DNA of 32,000 nt from Halomicronema hongdechloris C2206 (lineage in GTDB: Bacteria; Cyanobacteriota; Cyanobacteriia; Phormidesmidales; Phormidesmidaceae): positions 4,080,001 through 4,112,000 of the forward strand of contig NZ_CP021983.2 of assembly GCF_002075285.3 (NCBI RefSeq), in the 5' to 3' direction. Shown in pieces: positions 8,215-19,296 of the stretch. A program made the translations under genes and the position numbers. Numbering within the stretch: position 1 is the stretch's first letter; each line of letters begins with the position of its first letter. The notes under the pieces are model-generated. The model worked only from the letters and a program-made list of their open reading frames with translations. It was not told the origin of the DNA and did no database searches.

Positions 8215-9660
8215 ATGGTGGCATCAACCATTCCCTGGGAAACTGTCCAGCAGACCTTTCGTCGCATCTGGGGGTATGACGACTTTCGTCCCCCCCAAGC
8301 CGAGATCATTCGGGGACTACTGGACCAACGAGATACGTTAGTGATTTTGCCCACCGGAGGCGGCAAATCCCTCTGTTTTCAGTTGCCAGCCCTGTTGCAA
8401 TCTGGGGTAACCCTGGTGTTGTCGCCCTTAGTAGCATTGATGGAAAACCAAGTGCAGGAGCTGCGGGAACACCAATTGCCAGCCGCCACCCTGCACAGTG
8501 AACTCTCTCCTCACCAGCGGCGTCAGGTGCTGCGGGCCTTAGAAGCCAATCGCCTACGACTCCTTTACCTGTCTCCTGAAACTCTGCTCAGCCCGCCAGT
8601 TTGGCAGCGATTGAGACAGCCCTCAGTCATAATCAATGGCCTGATCCTGGACGAAGCCCACTGCTTGGTGCAGTGGGGAGATAGCTTTCGTCCCGTCTAT
8701 CGACGGCTGGGAGCAGTGCGGCCAGCCCTATTGGCCCAGCGCCCTCCGGGAACTCGCCTGCCCATTGCGGCCTTTACCGCCACCGCCGATCCGACGGTGC
8801 AGCGGACTTTGATCGAGGTACTCAGACTGCAGCAACCCCATCAGGTGCGGTTGAACCCCTATCGGTCTAATCTGCACTTAGCTACTCGCATCGTCTGGAG
8901 TCCTCGGCAACGACGGCAAACGATGCAGCGATTTATTCAACAGCGATCCGGCCAAGCCGGGTTGGTCTATGTGCGCAGCCGCCAAGATAGCGAAGACCTG
9001 GCGGCTTGGTTGATGATCCAGGGGCAGACTGCGGCAGCCTACCATGCCGGCTTGAGTTCTGGCGATCGGCGCCGCATCGAAATGGCCTGGAGCCAAAACC
9101 AGGTGCAAACCGTTGTCTGTACCTCGGCCTTTGGCATGGGCGTCAACAAGCCTGACACCCGCTGGGTATTGCACTACCAAGCTCCCAGTTCCCTAACAGA
9201 ATATGTTCAAGAAGTGGGTCGGGCCGGGCGCGATGGCCGACCGGCAGAGGCCCTGACCCTGATGAGTGAACCGACCGGTTGGCTGGACCCGATGGATCAG
9301 CAGCGGTGGCGATTCTTCACGACTCAGACCCAGGCCCTGCGACGAGAGGCCCAGCATATTGCCCGCCAAATTCCAGCGGTGGGGTCTGTAGCTCAGGTGC
9401 AGCAACAGTTTAAGCAGGGAGCCATAGCCCTGGCCTGGTTACACGGCCAGGGGCGATTGACCTGGTCAGATCCGTTCCACTATCGCCTACTACCGGGGAG
9501 TAACTCGACCGCTACCCTGGGGTCAGTAGTCTCAGCCATGCAGGATTATCTGAGCAGCCGTCGCTGTCGTTGGCAACACTTACTAGAGCAGTTTGGCTTT
9601 GGTCATGAGGCTCGGCAACTGGGAACTTGCGGCCATTGCGATCGCTGCCAGAGATCTTGA
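8215..9660 (+). CDS. recQ: ATP-dependent DNA helicase, short RecQ family form
   Basis: 481 aa. N-terminal FGYDDFRPPQ-type motif 0 (WGYDDFRPPQAEII), Walker A PTGGGKS, DEAH box LILDEAHC, FTATA, AYHAGL, TSAFGMGVNKPD and the arginine finger QEVGRAGRDG. The C-terminus has Cys-rich zinc-binding residues (CRWQ...CGHCDRC). No HRDC domain is apparent at this length. Confidence 0.9.
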   Translation: MVASTIPWETVQQTFRRIWGYDDFRPPQAEIIRGLLDQRDTLVILPTGGGKSLCFQLPALLQSGVTLVLSPLVALMENQVQELREHQLPAATLHSELSPHQRRQVLRALEANRLRLLYLSPETLLSPPVWQRLRQPSVIINGLILDEAHCLVQWGDSFRPVYRRLGAVRPALLAQRPPGTRLPIAAFTATADPTVQRTLIEVLRLQQPHQVRLNPYRSNLHLATRIVWSPRQRRQTMQRFIQQRSGQAGLVYVRSRQDSEDLAAWLMIQGQTAAAYHAGLSSGDRRRIEMAWSQNQVQTVVCTSAFGMGVNKPDTRWVLHYQAPSSLTEYVQEVGRAGRDGRPAEALTLMSEPTGWLDPMDQQRWRFFTTQTQALRREAQHIARQIPAVGSVAQVQQQFKQGAIALAWLHGQGRLTWSDPFHYRLLPGSNSTATLGSVVSAMQDYLSSRRCRWQHLLEQFGFGHEARQLGTCGHCDRCQRS

Positions 9661-9666
9661 CAGAGG

Positions 9667-10719
9667 TTAATGGGATACATCCCCAAAGCCCCGGCTTTGC
9701 AGCAGGCGCTTGCGGCGCTGCCGGGCCAGGGCTTGCAGATCGACGTTGCGATCGGTCTCATCGACAATCTCACCGGTGAGAATCTCTAAGACGTCTTCTA
9801 GGGTGACAACCCCGGAGATGCCGCCATACTCGTCTACCACAACGGCCAAGTGCTCCCGGGATGATTGGAAGGTTTGCAATAATTGGTCGGCGCGCTCGGT
9901 CTCGGCCGCAAACCGGACCGGGCGTAACCACTGGGAAGCGATGGTGTCCTGCTCTCCTCGAATCAGGGCCGAGAGCAGTTCGTCCTTCAACACCATGCCT
10001 AAGACTCGGTCAATATCGGCTTCAGTCACTAAGATGCGGCTGTGTTGGGAGTTGAGGATGATATCTTGGGCGTCGGCTAGGGTGCGATCGCACCTTAAAT
10101 ACGTGAGGGCCACCCGAGGCGTCATGATATCGGCCGCTTTGACATCATTGAGGCGAAAGACTCGCCGGATCATCTCCGCCTCATCCGCTTCAATAATGCC
10201 CTCCTGATAGCCAATGGAAGCCAGCAGCTTAATCTCCGTTTCATTGGTAATCGGCCGCTCATAGCCCCGTACGAAGGGAGCCATGATCTGCTCCAGCAGC
10301 CAGACCACAGGAGTCATGGCCCAGGTGAGGGTACGCACTGGCATCGCCACCCAGAGGGCAATCGATTCGGCGTAGCGTTCTCCCAGCGTTTTGGGCAAAA
10401 TCTCGGCAACCAGAATCACCGCAAAGGTTAAGGCTGCCGAAAATACCCCTAACAATGCATCCCCGAATACTGCCGCGGCAATGCTACCGATGACAATGCT
10501 ACCGACGATATTGAACAAATTGTTGAGAATGACAATGGTAGCAATGGGACGGTTAATCTGTTCGCGAATGGCCAATAGGGCGGCGGCATTGGGATGCCTT
10601 GTTGCCTGGGCTAACTGCCGTGCTTTCAGTAACGGCACCGATAGCAGGGCCGTTTCTGTACCAGAACACACTGCTGACCCCACTAGCATGATTAGCACGG
10701 CAACAGTAAGTTCTAGCAT
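9667..10719 (-). CDS. CNNM/DUF21 transmembrane domain plus CBS-pair protein (hemolysin/TlyC family) without the CorC_HlyC C-terminal domain
   Basis: The ORF track starts at TTG 10740. The ATG at 10719 gives MLELTVAVLIMLVGSAVCSGTETALLSV, the usual DUF21 start. Four TM helices are followed by two CBS motifs (VKAADIMTPRVAL..., VVVDEYGGISGVVTLEDVLEILTGEI). The protein ends ~35 aa after the CBS pair. Confidence 0.85.
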   Translation of the reverse strand: MLELTVAVLIMLVGSAVCSGTETALLSVPLLKARQLAQATRHPNAAALLAIREQINRPIATIVILNNLFNIVGSIVIGSIAAAVFGDALLGVFSAALTFAVILVAEILPKTLGERYAESIALWVAMPVRTLTWAMTPVVWLLEQIMAPFVRGYERPITNETEIKLLASIGYQEGIIEADEAEMIRRVFRLNDVKAADIMTPRVALTYLRCDRTLADAQDIILNSQHSRILVTEADIDRVLGMVLKDELLSALIRGEQDTIASQWLRPVRFAAETERADQLLQTFQSSREHLAVVVDEYGGISGVVTLEDVLEILTGEIVDETDRNVDLQALARQRRKRLLQSRGFGDVSH

Positions 10720-10814
10720 AGGGGTAACAAAATTCCACAACAGCCGCTGCTATGATCCAAGCTATACCGGGTTCATCTCAGGATCGGACGGTGCTCTCCA
10801 AGGGAAGGCATCTC

Positions 10815-10851
10815 ATCTGTGTTTGGATCTGTGCTTGGATCAGGTTTGATC
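10815..10851. repeat. Tandem direct repeat, about 3 x 12 bp (ATCTGTGTTTGG / ATCTGTGCTTGG / ATCAGGTTTG-ATC)
   Basis: Read directly. It lies in the divergent spacer between the CNNM gene and the ABC ATPase gene. Confidence 0.85.
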
Positions 10852-10866
10852 TCACTGTAAGCCCTA

Positions 10867-12774
10867 GTGCCCACTGTTCCCAGTCTGATGAGTGATCCCA
10901 TTCTTGACGTTCGCAATTTGCAGGTTCATTTTCAGGTAGATGATTGGCAGATTAAGGCGGTAGACGGTATTTCGTTTCACGTAAACCGAGGCCAAACGCT
11001 GGGGATTGTGGGCGAATCTGGCTCCGGCAAGTCCGTCACTTCCCTGGCGATCATGGGCCTAGTGCCCAGTCCTCCCGGCAAAATTCTCAACGGCGAACTC
11101 TGGTTCCACCCTGACAATGCCCCTGCCATAGATTTAACCCCCCTGCCCGAGCGCCAGCGGCAGTCCTATCGTGGCGGCCAAATTTCGATGATCTTTCAGG
11201 AACCCATGAGTTCCTTAAATCCGGTCTACACCTGTGGCTTCCAACTCACCGAAGCCATTCGTCAGCATCAGCAAGTTCCGCAAGCTGTCGCTGAACAACA
11301 GGCCATCGCTCGGCTGCAAGAGGTAGAATTACTGCCCGATGATGAGTCCCTATTAGCGCAACTCCATCAAAGCTATCCTGGGCTTAGCCAACAGCAATAT
11401 CACCAGGCCTTAGGCCAACAGAAACAGGCGATTCTCAACCGCTATCCCCATCAACTGTCGGGAGGGCAAATTCAACGGGTGATGATCGCCATGGCCATTG
11501 CCTGTGATCCGTCTCTGCTGATTGCCGATGAACCCACAACGGCCCTAGACGTCACTGTTCAAGCTCGCATTTTAGAGTTACTGCGAGACCTCAGAGATCG
11601 GCGGGGCATGTCGATGATCTTCATCACCCATGATCTGGGCATCATCGCCGAGATTGCCGACCAGGTGGCGGTGATGTATCAGGGCCAGATCGTCGAATAC
11701 GGCTCCATATGGACGATTTTTTCCAACCCCCAACATCCTTACACCAAGGGGCTATTGGCCTGTCGGCCCCAACCCCATAGGCAACTCCGCTACTTGCCGA
11801 CAATCGCCGACTTCATGGAGGTAGTGCCTGACAATGGCAGCCTACAGATTCGGGAAAAGCCCCTAGATGCCGCTCGAGTGTCCCAACTGAATGCCAGCGT
11901 CACGCCGACGGAGGCGGCGAGCCGGGTAGCCCAACTCGAGGCCAAGGGGCCACTACTCACCGTTGAGAATCTACAGGTGGGCTACCCGGTTAAGGGGGTC
12001 TTCGGCCAGACCCATCGCTATGTCATGGCCGTCAATCAAGTGTCGTTTCAAATCTATCAGGGGGAAACCTTCGGCCTGGTAGGGGAGTCTGGCTGTGGCA
12101 AGACCACCCTCGGTCGTGCCCTACTACGCTTGATTCCAGCCATGGGAGGCCGCATTTGGTTCCAGGGCAAAGATGTATTGACGTTGGGGGCTCAGTCCCT
12201 GCGACGGCTGCGACGGGATATGCAAATTATTTTTCAAGATCCCTTCGGTTCTCTAGACCCGCGCATGAGTATTGGGGCCGCCGTTGCTGAACCTCTGAAT
12301 ATCCATGGCGTCGTCAGGAACGTGCGGCATCGTCGCCAGCGAGTGGCCTACTTACTAGAGCGGGTGGGGCTGCCAGCCGATTGTATGGATCGATATCCCC
12401 ATGAGTTTTCCGGGGGGCAACGGCAGCGGATTTGCATTGCCCGGGCCTTGGGCCTGAATCCCAAGTTCATCATCTGCGATGAATCAGTATCGTCTCTGGA
12501 TGTGTCGGTGCAGGCCCAAGCCCTCAATTTGTTGAAGGAACTGCAGGCGGAGTTTAACCTCACCTACATTTTCATCTCCCATGATCTCAGTGTGGTGAAG
12601 TTCATGAGCGATCGCATCATGGTGATGAACCAGGGCCGGGTCGAAGAAATCGGTCCGGCAGAGCAAATCTATCGTCAGCCCCAACAACCCTATACCCAGC
12701 AGTTGATTAAGGCAATTCCCATGGGCAATCTAGAGCGGATTCAGGAACTCCAGGCCATGCGGTCGGCCAGTTAG
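10867..12774 (+). CDS. ABC transporter ATP-binding protein with duplicated ATPase cassettes (Dpp/Opp/Nik-type fused D-F)
   Basis: 635 aa. Walker A appears twice ([16 protein letters not shown]), the signature twice ([16 protein letters not shown]) and Walker B twice ([24 protein letters not shown]). Oligopeptide-type C-terminal tails are present ([16 protein letters not shown]). The start could be the ATG at 10888 ([13 protein letters not shown]) rather than the GTG at 10867. Confidence 0.9.
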   Translation: MPTVPSLMSDPILDVRNLQVHFQVDDWQIKAVDGISFHVNRGQTLGIVGESGSGKSVTSLAIMGLVPSPPGKILNGELWFHPDNAPAIDLTPLPERQRQSYRGGQISMIFQEPMSSLNPVYTCGFQLTEAIRQHQQVPQAVAEQQAIARLQEVELLPDDESLLAQLHQSYPGLSQQQYHQALGQQKQAILNRYPHQLSGGQIQRVMIAMAIACDPSLLIADEPTTALDVTVQARILELLRDLRDRRGMSMIFITHDLGIIAEIADQVAVMYQGQIVEYGSIWTIFSNPQHPYTKGLLACRPQPHRQLRYLPTIADFMEVVPDNGSLQIREKPLDAARVSQLNASVTPTEAASRVAQLEAKGPLLTVENLQVGYPVKGVFGQTHRYVMAVNQVSFQIYQGETFGLVGESGCGKTTLGRALLRLIPAMGGRIWFQGKDVLTLGAQSLRRLRRDMQIIFQDPFGSLDPRMSIGAAVAEPLNIHGVVRNVRHRRQRVAYLLERVGLPADCMDRYPHEFSGGQRQRICIARALGLNPKFIICDESVSSLDVSVQAQALNLLKELQAEFNLTYIFISHDLSVVKFMSDRIMVMNQGRVEEIGPAEQIYRQPQQPYTQQLIKAIPMGNLERIQELQAMRSAS

Positions 12775-12814
12775 GCCAGTTAGGACAGTTAGGACAGTTA
12801 GGACAGTTAGGACA
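12767..12814. repeat. Tandem repeat, 5.3 copies of a 9-mer ((C/A)CAGTTAGG), starting inside the last codons of the ABC ATPase gene
   Basis: ccagttagg ccagttagg acagttagg acagttagg acagttagg aca. TAG triplets fall at 12772, 12781, 12790, 12799 and 12808. All are in the reading frame of the upstream gene, and the first is its stop codon. Confidence 0.95.
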
Positions 12815-12835
12815 CTGATTGCTAGGGTTACCCAC

Positions 12836-13687
12836 ATGCCATCACTGCATCCATCATCGTCGTTGCCAACTGTCTCGATGCAGCGCCTATGGTCTTGGCT
12901 GAATGGAGGGCTGCTGCTGATCGGGGCCGTTATCGTGCTGTGGCCCTTGGCAATTATGGTGTTGACGTCTTTGGCCCCTGCCGGGACCGCGCTAGGCACT
13001 ATCCCTGCTGGCTGGACCCTAGAGCACTACCGAGAAGCCTGGACCCGAGGACGCTTCCTACTCGCCTTTGCCAACTCTACCCTGGTGGCCTTGGCTGTGA
13101 CTGCGGCTCAGATCATCACCTCAGCCTTGGCGGGCTATGCCCTGGCCCGGCTGTCTTTTCGGGGTCGCCAGCTGGTCTTGCTGGCAGTGTTGGCCACCCT
13201 GATCATCCCCTTTCAATTGTTAGTGATTCCCGTCTTCCTGGTGCTGAAATGGGGCCATTTGATCAATACTTACTGGGCCTTGATTTTGCCGACGGCGGCC
13301 AATGGCTTTGGCATTTTCTTGCTGCGCCAATATTTTCAGACGATTCCGGTTGAGTTGGAGGAAGCGGCAGCCTTAGACGGCGCCAATCTGCTGCAGATTC
13401 TCTGGGAGGTGATGTTGCCCTTGGCCCGGCCTGCCCTAGTCACGCTGTTTCTGTTTACCTTTATTGGGGAATGGAATGATCTGTTTAAGCCCCTGATCTT
13501 TACCACCCGTCCAGAATTGCAAACTGTGCAATTGGCGTTGGCCTCTTTTCAGGAGCAATTCACCAATGACTGGCCCCTGCTGATGGCAGCGGTGGTGATC
13601 GCCACGGTGCCGGTGGTGCTGTTATTCCTGGTGGGTCAGCGCCAATTTATTCAAGGGATTGCCACCACCGGGGTCAAACAAGAATAA
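12836..13687 (+). CDS. ABC transporter permease, carbohydrate-uptake (MalG/CUT1-like) type
   Basis: 283 aa, about 6 TM helices, EAA loop VELEEAAALDGANLLQILWEVMLPLARPAL. A possible alternative start is the ATG at 12878 (MQRLWSWLNGG...). Confidence 0.85.
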   Translation: MPSLHPSSSLPTVSMQRLWSWLNGGLLLIGAVIVLWPLAIMVLTSLAPAGTALGTIPAGWTLEHYREAWTRGRFLLAFANSTLVALAVTAAQIITSALAGYALARLSFRGRQLVLLAVLATLIIPFQLLVIPVFLVLKWGHLINTYWALILPTAANGFGIFLLRQYFQTIPVELEEAAALDGANLLQILWEVMLPLARPALVTLFLFTFIGEWNDLFKPLIFTTRPELQTVQLALASFQEQFTNDWPLLMAAVVIATVPVVLLFLVGQRQFIQGIATTGVKQE

Positions 13688-13696
13688 CAGAAGCCT

Positions 13697-14629
13697 TTAC
13701 AACACTCGAGCCCGCATCAGGGCCAGCGGCAAGCAGGTGACCTTGCGCACCCCCGGGACATAGGCGCGGCGATTGAACACGTCGTAGTGATTCTCTTCGA
13801 TCACCGTTAGGATTTTGCGATAGAGTATCAGGGCTGACCAGACTGGCCATCGGGCATCGGGACTGAGAAGGCTGATGCCACGCTCGGCATCGGCGTAGAA
13901 TTGCCGGGCCCGTTGAATCTGAAACTGCATCAGGGCCCGCCAGCGCTCATCGATGACCTGCTTGATCAGGTCGGCTTCGCTGTAGTTGAAGCGGGCTAAG
14001 TCTTCTAGGGGCAGGTAAATACGCCCCCGGCGGGCATCTTCGCCCACATCCCGCAGGATATTAGTGAGTTGATTGGCAATGCCCAATGCGATCGCATCTT
14101 CGGTCGGATCCGGCAGAACCTGATGACGCTGCCAAGGGGCCGTATGGCTCTGATGATCGACTCCCATCACCGCCGTTGACATCAAGCCGACGGTCCCCGC
14201 CACCCGATAGCAATACAGTTGGAGTTCTTCAAACGTTTCGTAGCGACAGCGATAGAGATCCATGCGCTGCCCCGCAATCATGTCGCGAAACGGCTGAATA
14301 TCAATCGGGAATTGGGCCAGGGTATCGACCAGGGCAACATCAGTATCCCGTAAGGGGTGGCCAGCAAACACAGCTTCCAAATGGCGTTCCCACTGATCCA
14401 AGGTAGTTTCGTCAGTGAATTGAGCCTGGGGTCCATCCACCAGTTCATCGGTTTGACGACACCACACATAGATCGCCCAGATGGCCCGCCGTTTCGCTGG
14501 TTCCATCAATAGGGTGCCGAGGTAAAACGTCTTGGAATACTTTGCCGTGATTTGACGGCAAAGCTCATAGGCCTCATCGACAGAAGCCAATGGTTTAGCC
14601 GGTGGCGAGTCAGGCAGTTGCAGCATCAA
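13697..14629 (-). CDS. crtB: Phytoene synthase
   Basis: 310 aa. Motifs: KYSKTFYLGTLLM, the Asp-rich motif WCRQTDELVD, YCYRVAGTVGLM and NILRDVGEDARRGRIYLP. It lies immediately downstream of phytoene desaturase, as in the cyanobacterial pds-crtB arrangement. Confidence 0.92.
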   Translation of the reverse strand: MMLQLPDSPPAKPLASVDEAYELCRQITAKYSKTFYLGTLLMEPAKRRAIWAIYVWCRQTDELVDGPQAQFTDETTLDQWERHLEAVFAGHPLRDTDVALVDTLAQFPIDIQPFRDMIAGQRMDLYRCRYETFEELQLYCYRVAGTVGLMSTAVMGVDHQSHTAPWQRHQVLPDPTEDAIALGIANQLTNILRDVGEDARRGRIYLPLEDLARFNYSEADLIKQVIDERWRALMQFQIQRARQFYADAERGISLLSPDARWPVWSALILYRKILTVIEENHYDVFNRRAYVPGVRKVTCLPLALMRARVL

Positions 14630-14753
14630 TGTCCCAAGCTGGAGATCCAGGTTGTCTCGAACAAGCGGGGATAGGATTACATCGCTGAATCATGCATAGC
14701 GGGGCGCCTGTCCAAAGTCAACCCATATGTGCTCCATGCCCCGATCAATGCCC

Positions 14754-16251
<1,498 letters not shown>

Positions 16252-16553
16252 TTACATTTCAGGTCTTAGCCCCGTTATCGCTTGAATTGGGGGAATTGCC
16301 ATGCTCCCTTAGGAGCGCTGAGGGGGTTCATAACCTGAAGCGAGCTGTGTAAGTTGAATGGGGAGATGCCTGCAGCCGCGAGGATCCATCCTCTGCAGCC
16401 AGCACGGTACTATAAAAGGGACTCAGAAGGAGATCAGCTTCTGCTGTCTACAGGGCATTGGTGCTGAGCGACAAACGCCAGCCGACCGAGGCGTCCCATC
16501 CTAGCCTATTCCCCAGTTGCCCAGATATCTTTGCTCGTTTGAGGGTCTTTCCC

Positions 16554-17837
16554 GTGTCGCATACTAATTTCGATTTTCTCACTCAGTCCGATCCCACTGC
16601 TGCTGCCATCATTCAGCGAGAGCTACAACGTCAGCGAGATCATCTAGAGCTAATCGCCAGCGAAAACTTCACCTCAGCGGCAGTTCTCGCCGCCCAGGGA
16701 TCGGTCTTGACCAATAAATACGCCGAAGGGCTGCCCAAGAAACGCTACTACGGTGGGTGCGAGTTCATCGACGAAGCTGAGCAACTCGCCATTGACCGGG
16801 TAAAGCAACTGTTTGGGGCCACCCACGCCAACGTCCAACCCCATTCTGGGGCCCAGGCTAACTTCGCCGTATTCTTGGCTCTCCTGCAGCCAAGAGACAC
16901 CATCATGGGCATGGATTTATCCCACGGTGGCCACTTGACCCACGGGTCTCCCGTCAATGTGTCCGGCAAGTGGTTTGAAGTGCGCCACTACGGGGTTGAC
17001 CCCGACACCGAACAACTTGACTACGACCAAATTCTAGAGGCGGCGCGGCAACATCGCCCCAAACTGATCATCTGCGGCTATTCGGCTTATCCTCGCACCA
17101 TTCATTTCGATCGCTTTCGACAGATTGCCGATGAGGTCGGAGCTTATCTAATGGCCGATATCGCCCACATCGCTGGCTTAGTCGCCACGGGGGATCATCC
17201 CTCTCCTCTGCCCCACTGCGATGTGGTCACCACCACTACCCACAAGACCTTACGAGGTCCCCGGGGTGGCCTCATTCTGACCCGGGATCCCGACTTGGGT
17301 AAGAAGTTTGACAAGGCAGTCTTCCCCGGTAGTCAGGGCGGCCCCTTGGAACATGCGATCATCGCCAAGGCCGTCGCCTTCGGGGAAGCCCTACGACCTG
17401 ACTTCAAAGCCTATTCTGCTCAGGTTATCGCCAATGCCCAAGCGATGGCAGATCAGCTAACTAATCGAGGTATCAAGATTGTCTCTGGCGGTACCGACAA
17501 CCATTTATTGCTGCTCGATCTCCGCTCCATTGGCATGACTGGCAAGCAAGCCGACAAACTGGTGAGTGACGTTAATATCACAGCCAATAAAAATACGGTG
17601 CCCTTCGATCCAGAGTCTCCCTTCGTCACCAGTGGTCTGCGGCTGGGGTCTCCAGCCATGACTACTCGTGGTTTAGGCACATCAGAATTCCGCGAGATCG
17701 CCGACATCATCGCCGACCGACTCCTCCATCCCGAGGATGATGCCATCAAGCAAAGCTGTCGCCAGCGGGTAGCGACTCTCTGTGAACGGTTTCCGCTATA
17801 TTCTCACCTAGCTGGCCCCGTAGCAGCTATGGCCTAA
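16554..17837 (+). CDS. glyA: Serine hydroxymethyltransferase
   Basis: The ORF is open from 16458. GTG 16554, with GAGGG 8 nt upstream, gives a 427-aa protein (M)[40 protein letters not shown], which matches the usual GlyA N-terminus and length. The PLP-lysine motif is [13 protein letters not shown]. Confidence 0.93.
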   Translation: MSHTNFDFLTQSDPTAAAIIQRELQRQRDHLELIASENFTSAAVLAAQGSVLTNKYAEGLPKKRYYGGCEFIDEAEQLAIDRVKQLFGATHANVQPHSGAQANFAVFLALLQPRDTIMGMDLSHGGHLTHGSPVNVSGKWFEVRHYGVDPDTEQLDYDQILEAARQHRPKLIICGYSAYPRTIHFDRFRQIADEVGAYLMADIAHIAGLVATGDHPSPLPHCDVVTTTTHKTLRGPRGGLILTRDPDLGKKFDKAVFPGSQGGPLEHAIIAKAVAFGEALRPDFKAYSAQVIANAQAMADQLTNRGIKIVSGGTDNHLLLLDLRSIGMTGKQADKLVSDVNITANKNTVPFDPESPFVTSGLRLGSPAMTTRGLGTSEFREIADIIADRLLHPEDDAIKQSCRQRVATLCERFPLYSHLAGPVAAMA

Positions 17838-18130
17838 AAGCACTAAAAAAACTAGCCTACAGCGTAGATTGGAAGATTATGAGCTGGGTTCAGGGACCAG
17901 GAAATATGGAAGGGCAGCTCTACTCCCACCCGGCAACAGGCGCTATGGAATGGTAAATCCTGATTCCTAAATCCTGGCCTGTCTATCCTCTATCAGGTGA
18001 CGTGGGTTACTCAATTTAACTCAGCACTTAACCTGCTTTTATTTCCAGACAATCTGTCATAATCTGCATGGAGTTTCATCCCCCGTAGACTCATCGTCGC
18101 AGTTGGGCTGCTTATCTATATCGAGTCCTG

Positions 18131-18174
18131 CTCTAGATCTAGACGTTTTTCCCAATCAGCCTCTAGGTCTAGAC
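18131..18174. promoter_or_regulatory. Two copies of a palindromic 14-mer (CTCTAGATCTAGAC / CTCTAGGTCTAGAC) spaced 30 bp apart; candidate operator pair
   Basis: 18131-18144 contains the perfect 12-bp palindrome TCTAGATCTAGA. 18161-18174 is 13 of 14 identical. The centres lie about 95 and 65 nt upstream of the ATG at 18233. The regulatory role is inferred only. Confidence 0.35.
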
Positions 18175-18232
18175 TCGGATGTGATTCATAGGATGGCTCA
18201 ATCTCCATGTCCCCTTTGCAGCAAGAGTCCAG

Positions 18233-19291
18233 ATGCCCTCCAACCTATACCATTTTCTGGCCTTCATAATTTCGGCAGCTGTCGTCTTGATAGCTACTCC
18301 CATCGTTCGAAAAATTGGCCTTAAAAGTGGCCGGGTTGATTTGCCTGGAAACCGCAAGGTGCATAAGCAACCGATGGTGAGGTTAGGAGGCATTTCTATC
18401 TTCCTGGGGACGTTGGTGGCTCTGTTGGTGATCTGGGGTAGTGGTGGTTTCATCGATGCCCAAGGCAACCATCTGGCCCCACCAGAAGAATATGCCATCT
18501 GGGGCGTCACTATTGGCGGCTTGGCCTTTTTTCTGATTGGCCTCATGGATGATCTATTTGGCTTATCCCCCTTTAGCCGCCTATTCATGCAGGCAGCGGT
18601 GGCCTCCATTGCCTGGCATGTGGGCGTCAGCATTGACTTTTTGACCGTCCCTTTCCAGGGCCTTACCTCCCTGCCAGATTGGGTCAGCCTACCGGTGACG
18701 GTGTTATGGCTGGTGGGCATGGCCAATGCCATCAACTGGATCGATGGCTTAGATGGATTGGCCGCTGGGGTATCTGGCATCGCTGCCGTGATCATGTTGG
18801 TGGTGAGCCTATTTATGGAACAACCTGCCGCTGCCCTGATTGCCGCCTCTCTGGCTGGAGGAGCTTTAGGATTTCTGCGCTATAATTTCAACCCCGCCAA
18901 GATCTTCATGGGAGACGGCGGCGCCTATTTTATGGGCTTCACCCTAGCTGGAGTCGGGGTGATTGGCCTGGTTAAGAGTGTGACTACAGCCGCCGTATTC
19001 CTACCCTATTTGATCTTGGCAGTACCCATTTTGGATATGTCAGCGGTGATCGTCGATCGCCTGCGCACCGGCACCTCTCCCTTCGTTGCCGATAAGCGCC
19101 ACTTACATCACCGCCTACTCAATCTTGGCCTGTCTCATCGGCTGACCGTGCTCTTCATCTACGCCCTCACTCTGTGGGTCGGCAGCTTGGCTCTGGCTTT
19201 TTCTGGGATGCCTAGCGGGCTCACCTATGCCATTGGGGCGACGGTGCTGCTGAGCTATACCAGTTGGTGGGTGCGGCAACAATGCCGCTAG
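18233..19291 (+). CDS. Glycosyltransferase family 4 polyprenyl-phosphate HexNAc-1-phosphate transferase (WecA/Rfe-like)
   Basis: 352 aa, about 10-11 TM helices. WecA-type N-terminus PIVRKIGLKSGRVDLPGNRKVHKQPMVRLGGISIF, Mg-binding LMDDLFGLSP and the family signature MANAINWIDGLDGLAAG. Confidence 0.8.
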   Translation: MPSNLYHFLAFIISAAVVLIATPIVRKIGLKSGRVDLPGNRKVHKQPMVRLGGISIFLGTLVALLVIWGSGGFIDAQGNHLAPPEEYAIWGVTIGGLAFFLIGLMDDLFGLSPFSRLFMQAAVASIAWHVGVSIDFLTVPFQGLTSLPDWVSLPVTVLWLVGMANAINWIDGLDGLAAGVSGIAAVIMLVVSLFMEQPAAALIAASLAGGALGFLRYNFNPAKIFMGDGGAYFMGFTLAGVGVIGLVKSVTTAAVFLPYLILAVPILDMSAVIVDRLRTGTSPFVADKRHLHHRLLNLGLSHRLTVLFIYALTLWVGSLALAFSGMPSGLTYAIGATVLLSYTSWWVRQQCR

Positions 19292-19296
19292 GCTGG

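Noticed and set aside
12730-12999. An 89-aa minus-strand ORF containing [15 protein letters not shown].
   Set aside because: The repeat peptide is just the reverse translation of the 9-bp DNA tandem repeat. The rest overlaps the permease start and the ABC ATPase end, and there is no RBS.
16458-16553. N-terminal extensions suggested by the ORF track for glyA. The same applies to crtP (16192-16221), ilvH (23762-23854), the HEAT transporter (24957-25085), GFA (31395-31466) and the P-loop gene (30859-31011).
   Set aside because: The extensions begin at non-ATG or poorly placed codons and add non-conserved residues. Internal starts reproduce the canonical N-termini and lengths, and several have better Shine-Dalgarno sequences.
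17835-17870. Four in-frame stop codons within 12 codons after glyA (TAA aag cac TAA aaa aac TAG cct aca gcg TAG).
   Set aside because: The flank is AT-rich and not repetitive, so this is compatible with chance, unlike the repeat-embedded stops at 12767 and 14754.
18169-18795. A 208-aa ORF antisense to the wecA-like gene. Similar long shadow ORFs occur at 9710-10207, 10391-10849, 3987-4385, 12889-13353 and 1039-1392.
   Set aside because: All lie fully inside strongly supported genes on the other strand or in another frame. Their translations are Pro/Arg/Ala/Ser/Thr-rich with no motifs. They are typical shadow ORFs of GC-rich coding DNA.
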